NCBI GenBank assembly: GCA_964388035.1
Contig: CAYLZE010000085.1
Location: 1-22,263 of the forward strand
Reading direction: 5' to 3'
DNA from: an uncultured archaeon
GTDB lineage: Archaea > Asgardarchaeota > Lokiarchaeia > Sigyniarchaeales > SOKP01
DNA: 22,263 bases
Shown here: positions 1 through 8,343 of the stretch, one piece after another
Layout of the letters: the number at the start of each line of letters is the position of its first letter
How positions within the stretch are numbered: the first letter of the stretch is position 1
Notes under the pieces: generated by a model
What the model was told of the DNA's origin: nothing
Seen by the model: only the letters and a program-made list of their open reading frames with translations
Database searches by the model: none
Translations under genes and position numbers: made by a program

Positions 1-39
1 GAATATAAATAATTAAATTATCAGTCTTTTTATCTAATC

Positions 40-1674
40 ATGTCAACAATCCACGGTCCTCAGTATCTATTACCATTATTTTTAGAAAAAGGCAAAAAAG
101 AATCGCCTTTTAAGGATAATGAAGAAATTACCTTAGCTTTTTATTTGTTAACAAAAAATTTTACTCCTTCTACTAAGTTGATTTCTTTTTCCAGACTTTT
201 ATGGCCATTATTATCCATTCAAGGTGTTATTGGTCGACATATCTTTCTTGATGGGCTCTATATTTTGAAAAAGGAAGGAAAATTTACGAACCCTCCACGT
301 CAACCATTGATCGGTCATTTATTAAGGAATATTGATAATAGGACTCAATTAGAGCAGTTAAATAAAATAATTGAAGTATTGACTTATGAAGATACGGAAG
401 CAGAAGAGATAGGTAAAGGAGAAGAATCAGAATACCGTGCTCTAACTATTGGAGGATTAGTACATCCCGAATTTCTTAATGCTCTTTCAGATGTGCTAAA
501 TCTCATTGAATATCAGCCAATTAATGAGTACATGCCGTTAGATACTACCATGTCCATTGAAAAAGCTTTAGATCTTGCAGAAAAATATCGAAATACGATC
601 GGAGACATGAAGGGAAATGCGCAAAGATGGGAAATGCAGATTGATTTGATACAAAAAGAGATCGATAAAATGATGATTGATATCACCGTCAATATTAAAG
701 ACACCATGATCCGTTACGATTCTCAAGTCAAAAAAATCACTTCCGCCTTAAATAATGAACAGATGCAAGATCAGATCGAGAGAGAAATTGATAAGATCGA
801 CCTATGGAAGATGAATGAAAAAAAAAACCTAATTGAAAATTTTACCTTATCCTTTAAAAATACCGAATTATTACTTGAAGAGATAATAAAAAAAAACAAA
901 TTCTTTAGCAATAGTGAAGTTCTTAAAACGAAACCTGTAGAAGATTTAATATCAAATGTTAACAACCATATTGATTATTTGAAATCAGATGCTCAAACAT
1001 TCGAGCAATCTATAAATTCAATAGAAGAAAAATTTCAAGATTTTAAAAATCGCCTTGATGAAATTGAAAAGGAAAGCAACGAAAAAATTAATTCTTTTAA
1101 AGAACAATTAGATATGGAATTGCAAGCGAAAAGTAAACAAGTCATGGGGTTAAAAAATGAAAAAGTAGATTTGATGAATAGTTTGAATTCACTTAAACAA
1201 CAAATCGAAGATTTAACAAAAAATGTAAATCAGATTATATTTCAAAAGAAATCTGATTGTCTCAAAGAAGCGGAGGATTTAAAATCCTGGTCAATTGATG
1301 ATGAACAATCCGAATTATTTTCTCGACCTATTCAATGGATTTACATGCCATTATATGTATTATTTTACGAAGATGAAGAAATGTTGGAAGAAAAAATGGA
1401 TCTCGTATTTCCGGGATTTATTAATAGTGATTCATCTTCAATCTATGAGAATTTCAGTGAAGAATTTGCTACTTTAAAACAAGAAGTTCTGAAGAAAATT
1501 GAGGAAGACATGATACTTCGATCCAATTTCGAGTTTTCTTGTGAAAATAAAAATTACTTAAAAGATTCTAATTTACCCAAAAAGATTCAACAAGGATTGT
1601 CAAATTTAAGATATTTCATTAATAATGATCAAGAAAATAAAATTAGAGAAAAAATAAGTTCGATTTCTATATAA
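40..1674 (+). CDS. Hypothetical long coiled-coil protein (544 aa) with globular N- and C-terminal regions
   Basis: Long ORF with ATG start. Residues ~170-415 are E/K/Q/L/I-rich with heptad periodicity, flanked by aromatic/Pro-containing segments (SRLLWPLLSI...FLDGL; WIYMPLYVLFY). No Walker A motif and no TM segment. Confidence 0.8.
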   Translation: MSTIHGPQYLLPLFLEKGKKESPFKDNEEITLAFYLLTKNFTPSTKLISFSRLLWPLLSIQGVIGRHIFLDGLYILKKEGKFTNPPRQPLIGHLLRNIDNRTQLEQLNKIIEVLTYEDTEAEEIGKGEESEYRALTIGGLVHPEFLNALSDVLNLIEYQPINEYMPLDTTMSIEKALDLAEKYRNTIGDMKGNAQRWEMQIDLIQKEIDKMMIDITVNIKDTMIRYDSQVKKITSALNNEQMQDQIEREIDKIDLWKMNEKKNLIENFTLSFKNTELLLEEIIKKNKFFSNSEVLKTKPVEDLISNVNNHIDYLKSDAQTFEQSINSIEEKFQDFKNRLDEIEKESNEKINSFKEQLDMELQAKSKQVMGLKNEKVDLMNSLNSLKQQIEDLTKNVNQIIFQKKSDCLKEAEDLKSWSIDDEQSELFSRPIQWIYMPLYVLFYEDEEMLEEKMDLVFPGFINSDSSSIYENFSEEFATLKQEVLKKIEEDMILRSNFEFSCENKNYLKDSNLPKKIQQGLSNLRYFINNDQENKIREKISSISI

Positions 1675-1682
1675 TATCTAAT

Positions 1683-2366
1683 ATGTCCAAAAGTAGACAG
1701 ACTCGGTTAAGTTTAAAAAAAAATCGCATAAGAGCTTTTTTTGCCTCTCTCGAAAAAAAAGCTCAAGAAAAAGTGAAGTATGATACAATAGAAGAACAAA
1801 TTTTAAGGGAGGGCATGGTATATCGCCAAATGCGGTTACCTGTAGAAAAAATAACCCCTGAGTTTGAAGCGGAATTAAAAAAGAGGGTGGAAGAGAATTT
1901 TCTTCATGCCAAAATTAGAATTGTTGAACGGGAGTCTCATCATGATTTGAGAAGTGTAATGAATATATACAATAAGGCGTGGCTAACCAGCTCGACACCC
2001 TTCAGGCCGCTTACATTAGAATCTCTTATTAAGATTTTTAACGACCCCGATACCAGTATTTTAATAGCTAAAGTTTGGGACCAAGATATTGGGTTCTGTA
2101 TACTCGATTTAGAAGGACCGAAAAAAGATATCGGCGTGATTGCGGGACTTGGTGTTGTTCCTAGATATCAAAGAAAGGGACTTGGAACGGTATTAGGCAT
2201 GGCGGTATGGAATTTCTTTAAGGAGAAAGGCGTTAAAGAGCTCCGTTGTGAAGTGTATAAAGATAACGTTATTTCGTATTCTTTTATTAAATGGATTGGA
2301 TTTGAGGAATTCGATGTTAAAGCATATCATCGTAAAGATTTTGAAGTGAATGAAGATCAAAATTAG
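1683..2366 (+). CDS. GNAT family N-acetyltransferase (RimI/Ard1-like core) with basic N-terminal extension
   Basis: Acetyl-CoA binding motif A LGVVPRYQRKGLG; motif B LRCEVYKDNVISYSFIKWIGF; starts 8 nt after the upstream stop. Confidence 0.9.
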   Translation: MSKSRQTRLSLKKNRIRAFFASLEKKAQEKVKYDTIEEQILREGMVYRQMRLPVEKITPEFEAELKKRVEENFLHAKIRIVERESHHDLRSVMNIYNKAWLTSSTPFRPLTLESLIKIFNDPDTSILIAKVWDQDIGFCILDLEGPKKDIGVIAGLGVVPRYQRKGLGTVLGMAVWNFFKEKGVKELRCEVYKDNVISYSFIKWIGFEEFDVKAYHRKDFEVNEDQN

Positions 2367-2404
2367 ATTTTATTTAAGACTTATTGCGATTTTATTTTAT
2401 TATC

Positions 2405-3070
2405 ATGTCCGATTCTAGAATGAATTTAAAAAGGAGACGCATAAGAAGTTTCTTCTTATTATCTGATACAAGAAGTACTGATACGGAAGAGCTTAAAGAA
2501 GATCTTGAAACAAAGGGTTTGACATATATCCAAATGAGGCTTCCTGTGGAAGAAATAACTCCAGAATTTGAAAATGAACTAAAAAAGAAAGTCGAACAAA
2601 ATATTCTTCACGCAAAAATTAGAGAAGCTCAAGAAGAAGATTTAGAAAGCGTAATGTTCATTCATAATAGAGCCTGGATGACTTCCAATGAGCCATTCCG
2701 TCCTATAACCATGGATTCGCTTAAAAAAATATATGAATTTCCTGAAACCAAGATATTAATTGCTCGTGTCTATGGTTCCGATGGCGGATTTGTAATTTTA
2801 GATTTTGAAGGAGAAAATAATGAATTTGGAGTGATTGCTGGATTAGGCGTAATTCCTAGATTCCAGAGGAAAGGGCTAGGCTCCGTCATGGGGATGGCAG
2901 CATGGAACTTTTTTAAAGAGAAGGGTGTAAAAGAATTAAGATGCGAAGTCTACGTGGATAATAAAGTTTCCTATAATTTTATTAAATCATTAAATTTTAA
3001 AGAATTTTCAAAAAAGACCTATAGGAGAGAAGATTTTATTATCGAAGAGGAGACGGAGGAAGAAGGTTGA
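2405..3070 (+). CDS. GNAT family N-acetyltransferase, tandem paralogue of 1683..2366
   Basis: LGVIPRFQRKGLG and LRCEVYVDNKVSYNFIKSLNF motifs. ATG at 2405 (MSDSRMNLKRRRIRSFF) aligns with the paralogue N-terminus (MSKSRQTRLSLKKNRIRAFF), so it is preferred over TTG 2384. Confidence 0.9.
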   Translation: MSDSRMNLKRRRIRSFFLLSDTRSTDTEELKEDLETKGLTYIQMRLPVEEITPEFENELKKKVEQNILHAKIREAQEEDLESVMFIHNRAWMTSNEPFRPITMDSLKKIYEFPETKILIARVYGSDGGFVILDFEGENNEFGVIAGLGVIPRFQRKGLGSVMGMAAWNFFKEKGVKELRCEVYVDNKVSYNFIKSLNFKEFSKKTYRREDFIIEEETEEEG

Positions 3071-3073
3071 GTA

Positions 3074-4507
3074 TTAAACCTTTTCACTGGAATTTGTGAG
3101 GGAATTAATTTTCTCTGTAATCAATTTTTCATTGTATTCATCTAACAATTCATGATAATAGCTCCTTGCTTTTTCATAATAATTCATGGATAAATCTATT
3201 AATTCCTCATCGATATATATTTCACCTAATAAGTTTAAAATAAGTGCACTTTTTTTAAGATAATGTTTTTGTTCGTATATTTCGAGGGCTCTATTGTAAG
3301 AATCAATTGCTTTTGAGGTATCATGTAATGTTTTATAATATATATCTCCAATTATGAACATGATGTCTGCTCGTTTAAGATCATCTCCATATTTATAAAA
3401 AATCTCGCTTGCTAATTCATAAAATTCAATGGATCGATGATAATTCTTCTTATTTGTATAAAGTACACCAAGAGATTCTAAAACCCTTCCTTCACGAATA
3501 TCATCTCCTATTTCAAAAGTTCTAATGGATTCCAAGCTCTTTAAGAGATAATGTTCGGCATCGGAATGAGCCTGTAGATTATTATGGATTAATCCTAAAT
3601 ATAAAAAACATTCCCATTCTAATTGCGCCTTAAGAATTAATGAAAATCCGCTGTTTATCCTTTTAATTAGATTTAATGCTATATTTAAATTATTTAATGC
3701 CTCCTCTACAAAATCAGGGCCTTTTTTATAATATAGTTTACCTAATTTTATGCGTGTGTTTATTAATCCATATGAATCATCAATTTCCGTAAAATAGATC
3801 AAATTTCTCTCCAAAATATTCTGAACTTTCTCATACTCCTTTAATATAAAAAAAATGTCAATGAGATTACTGGAAGTTTTAATTTCATAAGATCTATAAC
3901 CGAATTTTATAGCCAATTCTAATGCTTTATCATAATATTCATGAGCTTTTCCTATTTCCTTCAATGTAAAATACACATTGGCCAGGTTGTTATAAACTTG
4001 AATTATTTTCTCAATATCTTGGATTTTATCTAAAATTTCAATTGAATAGTTAAAATGATAAATTGCTTGATCAAAGTATCCCAATTCTTCTTGAACAATC
4101 CCTAATTCATTGTGAGTAATCGCAATATTTAATTGATCGTTCTCACTTACGAAATTGTCTAGAGCCAGATGTAAGATTTTTACTGTCGATTCTAAATCTC
4201 TTTTTTTATAGTATAAACTGGCTTTCTCAAGGAGTTCCGGAGCCGCGGATTCACCATTATTTATCTTTTGATTGATCAACAATTCGACGCCCTGAATTTT
4301 CGCTTCAATTTCATCGTTTTTAATAATCGTAAAATCAATAGTTTCATTCCCTAAATATTGATTTAAGGTTAAAAATTCATGGTCAATAGAATCTTGTTCC
4401 GGTATATCATCATTTTTATTAATGGGCACAATTAAAGGTTTATTACAATAAGGACAATAGGTATCATTAGGATGAATCAAGTTTTTACAATAAGGACAGG
4501 GTTCCAT
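3074..4507 (-). CDS. TPR-repeat protein with N-terminal C4 zinc ribbon
   Basis: CPYC-x10-CPYC at the N-terminus, then repeated TPR consensus units (IAITHNELGIVQEELGYFDQAIYHF; VYNNLANVYFTLKEIGKAHEYYDKALEL; VLESLGVLYTNKKNYHRSIEFYELA). Confidence 0.88.
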   Translation of the reverse strand: MEPCPYCKNLIHPNDTYCPYCNKPLIVPINKNDDIPEQDSIDHEFLTLNQYLGNETIDFTIIKNDEIEAKIQGVELLINQKINNGESAAPELLEKASLYYKKRDLESTVKILHLALDNFVSENDQLNIAITHNELGIVQEELGYFDQAIYHFNYSIEILDKIQDIEKIIQVYNNLANVYFTLKEIGKAHEYYDKALELAIKFGYRSYEIKTSSNLIDIFFILKEYEKVQNILERNLIYFTEIDDSYGLINTRIKLGKLYYKKGPDFVEEALNNLNIALNLIKRINSGFSLILKAQLEWECFLYLGLIHNNLQAHSDAEHYLLKSLESIRTFEIGDDIREGRVLESLGVLYTNKKNYHRSIEFYELASEIFYKYGDDLKRADIMFIIGDIYYKTLHDTSKAIDSYNRALEIYEQKHYLKKSALILNLLGEIYIDEELIDLSMNYYEKARSYYHELLDEYNEKLITEKINSLTNSSEKV

Positions 4508-4601
4508 TGTCGAGATAATTACATTGTTGCTTGTTCTTTATAATCTATTATACAATAATTCCGTTATAAAATATATAAATTCAAATTTTATAAATTGATA
4601 T

Positions 4602-5528
4602 CTAATTATCTGAATTTTTTTCTAATTCATAACGGATGTCTTGTTCACGCAGCCCTAAGGAATTTAATAGTATTTTTAATTGAATGATTGCATTCTTTGC
4701 TTGAACTTCTTTAGCATATTTTAATGCTGAAATGAATTGATCCTTAGCGGCGTTAAATTCACCCATATAGAAGAAAATTTCACCAATCAAGCTTCTTGCT
4801 TTTAAAATGTATTCGCCATAATTAGATTGTGATGCAACCTCAAGAGCTTTTTTAATTTGGAAAAGTGCTTCATTTAACTTTTCTGCATTTTTGTTAAGTA
4901 ATCCTAAATTTAATAGAGATACAATTACACCCTTTTTATCGCTGATTTGTTCAAAAGCTTCCAAAGATTTCTTATATAATTCATAAACGACGTCCCAATT
5001 TTCTTGAACTTCATGAATAGTAATTAGATTTCCAAGACAATCTAAAAGTCCATATATATCACCATGTTCCGAGCATAATGCACTACATTCAAGAAAGATA
5101 TTATTAGCATCTTCATATTTTTGTAAATTGGTCAGATTCATGCCAATCAACTTTAAACACGTGATTATTTCATTGGTTTGTAATAACTCTTTATAAATGA
5201 AGAGAGCTTCTTGGTACGCTGAAATTGATTTTTCATGCTCACCCTGTTGATAATATAAAGTTCCTAGAATTCCCAAGGTGGCGGCGACACCTAATCTATC
5301 TTTTTGTTTCCTGAAATGTAATAAGCAAGTCGAGAGATTTTTTTCTGCTTCCTCAAAGTGATCGATCTCCATTTGCAATATAGCAAGCTCACTCAATTCT
5401 TGCATGTAATTCGAATCTTTCCCGATTTGTTCTAATTGAGCCAGAATTTCTTTTTTTTTCTTTATTAATTCTTCAATTTCTTCTTTGGTATATTCTTCAT
5501 GCTTTTGAACAAAAATGGAATAAATCAC
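4602..5528 (-). CDS. TPR-repeat protein
   Basis: TPR units such as VAATLGILGTLYYQQGEHEKSISAYQEAL and VIVSLLNLGLLNKNAEKLNEALFQIKKAL. The start is uncertain because the GTG at 5528 lies inside an AGGTGA RBS-like motif. Confidence 0.85.
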   Translation of the reverse strand: MIYSIFVQKHEEYTKEEIEELIKKKKEILAQLEQIGKDSNYMQELSELAILQMEIDHFEEAEKNLSTCLLHFRKQKDRLGVAATLGILGTLYYQQGEHEKSISAYQEALFIYKELLQTNEIITCLKLIGMNLTNLQKYEDANNIFLECSALCSEHGDIYGLLDCLGNLITIHEVQENWDVVYELYKKSLEAFEQISDKKGVIVSLLNLGLLNKNAEKLNEALFQIKKALEVASQSNYGEYILKARSLIGEIFFYMGEFNAAKDQFISALKYAKEVQAKNAIIQLKILLNSLGLREQDIRYELEKNSDN

Positions 5529-5727
5529 CTTCTCATAATTATCAATAAATCTAATGGCTTGAATTTGGACACGATAAAGATAATAATGTTGATAAATACA
5601 AGAATTTTTTTCTTAGATTTTAGAAGTTTCTATAATATGCGAGATATATTTTTTAAGAATAATTTTTTTACATTCAAATTTTGAAATGTAATGAAACATT
5701 GCTTATTTAGAAGAAATTCCATATCAA

Positions 5728-5810
5728 AGTATTGTTGTTTAAATATTATAAATTCTAATTAATCTAATATAAATTGAACAACGCCATGAGAATAGTATTG
5801 TTCTTTAAAT
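5728..5810. repeat. 17-bp direct repeat pair (1 mismatch) in a divergent intergenic region
   Basis: agtattgttgtttaaat at 5728-5744 and agtattgttctttaaat at 5794-5810. Confidence 0.55.
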
Positions 5811-5835
5811 TTAATAATAACAACAAAATATAACC

Positions 5836-6132
5836 ATGTATAAACTAAACTTAAAACGAGCGGTAGAGTATATCAAGGAATTAAATTTTAACGAACAGGA
5901 AATTAACAGAATCAATGAGATAGCGAAAGATATCATTCAAGATAAACATTTTGTACGATATTCCAGCAGATTAACTGAAATTAGTGAAAAAAGTGAAAAT
6001 ATTGAGGCTTTTCTAAAAAGTACTATAGATTTACTAGGAGCGGGAGATCTCCCTTCTCTCATGAAAATCATTGCGAATGATGAGATTTTTTTAAACTACA
6101 TGCAGGATATGTTATTAGATAAATTATTATAA
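5836..6132 (+). CDS. Small hypothetical alpha-helical protein (98 aa)
   Basis: ATG-started ORF in an otherwise empty region, protein-like composition, followed directly by a T11 tract. Confidence 0.65.
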   Translation: MYKLNLKRAVEYIKELNFNEQEINRINEIAKDIIQDKHFVRYSSRLTEISEKSENIEAFLKSTIDLLGAGDLPSLMKIIANDEIFLNYMQDMLLDKLL

Positions 6133-6143
6133 TTTTTTTTTTT
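6133..6143 (+). terminator. Oligo-T (T11) archaeal-type terminator candidate
   Basis: Eleven T residues immediately after the TAA of 5836..6132. Confidence 0.45.
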
Positions 6144-6387
6144 AATAACGGACTTTTTAAGGAATTGATTTTTAAGTTAAAATCCTTACTCTTTAAGGTC
6201 ATATCAAGGTGAATAAATCTGTATTTCTTCTTTCTAAATATAACTTGATTCCACCTTTCAATATTTGCTTCAAATCTTTTCTCATGTATTCTTAAAATGG
6301 TTATCACAATTTATTTTGAAAAATTATAAAAATAGGTGTCTATTAATAGTTTTTGAATGATGTATAAAAATATTGGGAGTATAAACC

Positions 6388-7500
6388 ATGAAACGTGAAG
6401 CTAAATTATGGAATAAATTAGAAAATAATAAAGTTCAATGTCATGTTTGCGCAAATGAATGCATCATAACTCCAGGAAAGCTGGGGATTTGTAGAACTCG
6501 CAAAAACATTGATGGAACACTTTTTACATTGATTTATGGCTCTTTGATTTCATCGGGGAGTTTGGATCCTATTGAAAAGAAGCCCCTTTACAATTTTTGG
6601 CCTGGGGCTATAGCATATTCGATTGCCTCCATTGGGTGTTCCTTAAGTTGTCAGAATTGTCAAAACTGGACAATAAGTCAAGCATGTCCTTCTGAAGATG
6701 GTAAAAATGGATATTATGAATTCGAAGAAATGAAATCTCGCAAGATTTCTTTGATTGAAATGACTCCCGAAGATTTAGTTAAAAAAGTCTTGAGAAGCAA
6801 AGCAAAAACTCTTGCCTACACGTATAATGAGCCTTTAATTTGGCATGAGTGGGTTTTGGACACTGCAAAATTGCTGAAACAAGAGAGAATTCCAACAATT
6901 CTCGTTACAAATGGATATTCAACTTCCCAAGCAACAGAAGAATTGATTGAAGTTGGAATTGATGCAGCTAATATTGATATTAAAGCCATGTCCGATGAGT
7001 TCTATCAAAAGATATGTTGCGTGAAATCTGTTAAACCTGTTTTGGACACAGCAAAACGTTTTAAGGAGCATGGAATACATGTGGAATTAACAAATTTAAT
7101 TATTCCCGACTTGAACGATACTAAAGAAGAAATTGAAGAATTATGTCAATGGGTTGCGAAAGAATTAGGTAAAGACACTCCACTCCATTTTTCTGCCTAT
7201 CATCCCGATTTTAAAGTGCCCTCTAAAAAGAGAACACCCTATCAAACCTTGGACATGGCATATAAAGTTGCAAAGGAGATAGGATTATATTATCCATATG
7301 TTGGAAATATCAATCATGAAAGGGGAAGTAATACTTATTGCCCACAATGTGGTCATTTGCTTATTGGTCGTTCCGGATATAGTTTCACTAAGATCGCTAT
7401 TGATCAAGATAAAAAATGTCCGAATTGCAATTATAATTTAGAACATGACATTATTGGAGAGATAACCCAGATAGGAGCGCGGAGATTTTCTTTTTTTTAA
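6388..7500 (+). CDS. amrS: AmmeMemoRadiSam system radical SAM enzyme (PFL-activase-like)
   Basis: N-terminal CHVCANEC...GICRTRKN, DPIEKKPLYNFWPG, CxxxCxxC (CSLSCQNCQNWTISQ), AYTYNEP, NIDIKAM, PLHFSAYHP, YVGNI and C-terminal CPQC...CPNC, all typical of this family. Confidence 0.92.
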   Translation: MKREAKLWNKLENNKVQCHVCANECIITPGKLGICRTRKNIDGTLFTLIYGSLISSGSLDPIEKKPLYNFWPGAIAYSIASIGCSLSCQNCQNWTISQACPSEDGKNGYYEFEEMKSRKISLIEMTPEDLVKKVLRSKAKTLAYTYNEPLIWHEWVLDTAKLLKQERIPTILVTNGYSTSQATEELIEVGIDAANIDIKAMSDEFYQKICCVKSVKPVLDTAKRFKEHGIHVELTNLIIPDLNDTKEEIEELCQWVAKELGKDTPLHFSAYHPDFKVPSKKRTPYQTLDMAYKVAKEIGLYYPYVGNINHERGSNTYCPQCGHLLIGRSGYSFTKIAIDQDKKCPNCNYNLEHDIIGEITQIGARRFSFF

Positions 7501-7550
7501 AATAAATGAATAAAAGAGTAAAAATTAAATAAAAAGAGAAAAAGAAGCTA
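7501..7550 (-). terminator. T-rich tract between convergent genes (terminator candidate for the minus-strand gene)
   Basis: The minus strand reads ...gcttctttttctctttttatttaatttttactcttttattc directly after the stop at 7553. Confidence 0.35.
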
Positions 7551-7552
7551 AT

Positions 7553-8206
7553 TTAAAATATTGAAACCCCATAAATCAAAAGTGCGAAACCTTGTACGAA
7601 ACAAAATCCAGCAACGATTATTGCAAAGGGTGGAAAGGAAATTATTTTTGACAAGAACATGATACCTCCTATAAAGAATTTAACGGTTAAAGCGACAATT
7701 GCAAAGATAATAATAAATACAATGATCAGAACGATTCTAGGATCTACAAACTCTCCGATAAATTTTACAGCCGAATCTGGAATAAAAGCTATTATTACAA
7801 TGATAACACCTGTCGCAACGCCCACACCAATGATACTTGGGATCGGTAAATCATTCAATGGTTTCATGAGAGTAAGGATGCCTAAGACGATCAAAAATAT
7901 GGATGTAAACGTATTATGTCCGCTACCTGTTTCTGTCTGATAAGCAATGCTCGGGGGAATATTTAAAATTATTGAAGCAACCCCCGAAGTGATGCAAAAA
8001 GCACCCACGAGGAATCCGAATCCCGTTAAAACTTTTAGGAAGAGAGTAATGTCGAAATCCCAATCCTCAACTTTTGTTAACTTTCTCCATGATTTTCTTC
8101 TACTGGCTTCATAAGCAGCATAAATTAACCAGAATACTCCAAGTAAAACGACAAATAGGGCAGCTAATTCAGCCACAGGTTGTAAAAATTGATCTACTAA
8201 TGCCAT
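7553..8206 (-). CDS. Hypothetical polytopic membrane protein (~6 TM)
   Basis: About six hydrophobic segments. ATG at 8206 is preceded by aggaagtga at 5 nt spacing and is preferred over GTG 8215. Confidence 0.82.
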   Translation of the reverse strand: MALVDQFLQPVAELAALFVVLLGVFWLIYAAYEASRRKSWRKLTKVEDWDFDITLFLKVLTGFGFLVGAFCITSGVASIILNIPPSIAYQTETGSGHNTFTSIFLIVLGILTLMKPLNDLPIPSIIGVGVATGVIIVIIAFIPDSAVKFIGEFVDPRIVLIIVFIIIFAIVALTVKFFIGGIMFLSKIISFPPFAIIVAGFCFVQGFALLIYGVSIF

Positions 8207-8222
8207 TTGATTCACTTCCTAT

Positions 8223-8270
8223 TTAAATTGAATTATTTGTTTCAAAATTTGAATATTATATTCAATTTAA
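8223..8270. repeat. Nested inverted repeat upstream of the membrane protein gene
   Basis: ttaaattgaat (8223-8233) and attcaatttaa (8260-8270) are perfect 11-bp arms enclosing the palindrome ttcaaa-a-tttgaa (8241-8253). Confidence 0.55.
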
Positions 8271-8329
8271 TTATAATATGTAAATTTAATTATAAAAAAT
8301 ATTGTAAGACCATTTTTCATGTATGATGG

Positions 8330-8338
8330 AAAAAAAAA
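8330..8338 (-). terminator. Oligo-T (T9) terminator candidate after glpD
   Basis: A9 on the plus strand, 5 nt past the glpD stop codon. Confidence 0.4.
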
Positions 8339-8343
8339 GATTT

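Noticed and set aside
513-1477. Short ORFs 513..707, 771..965 and 1295..1477
   Set aside because: Fully inside the 544-aa gene, antisense or out of frame, with no motifs.
40-1674. SMC/Rad50 ATPase
   Set aside because: No Walker A/B, signature motif or CxxC zinc hook.
2405-2465. Twin-arginine signal in GNAT2 (KRRRIRSFF)
   Set aside because: No following hydrophobic stretch, and acetyl-CoA-dependent enzymes are expected in the cytoplasm.
5499-5684. 61-aa plus-strand ORF
   Set aside because: Low-complexity I/N/F/K sequence expected from AT-rich intergenic DNA; overlaps the TPR gene start.
6068-6307. 79-aa minus-strand ORF
   Set aside because: Overlaps the 98-aa gene tail, runs through the T11/A11 tract, and has no RBS or motif. 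A gene remnant cannot be fully excluded.
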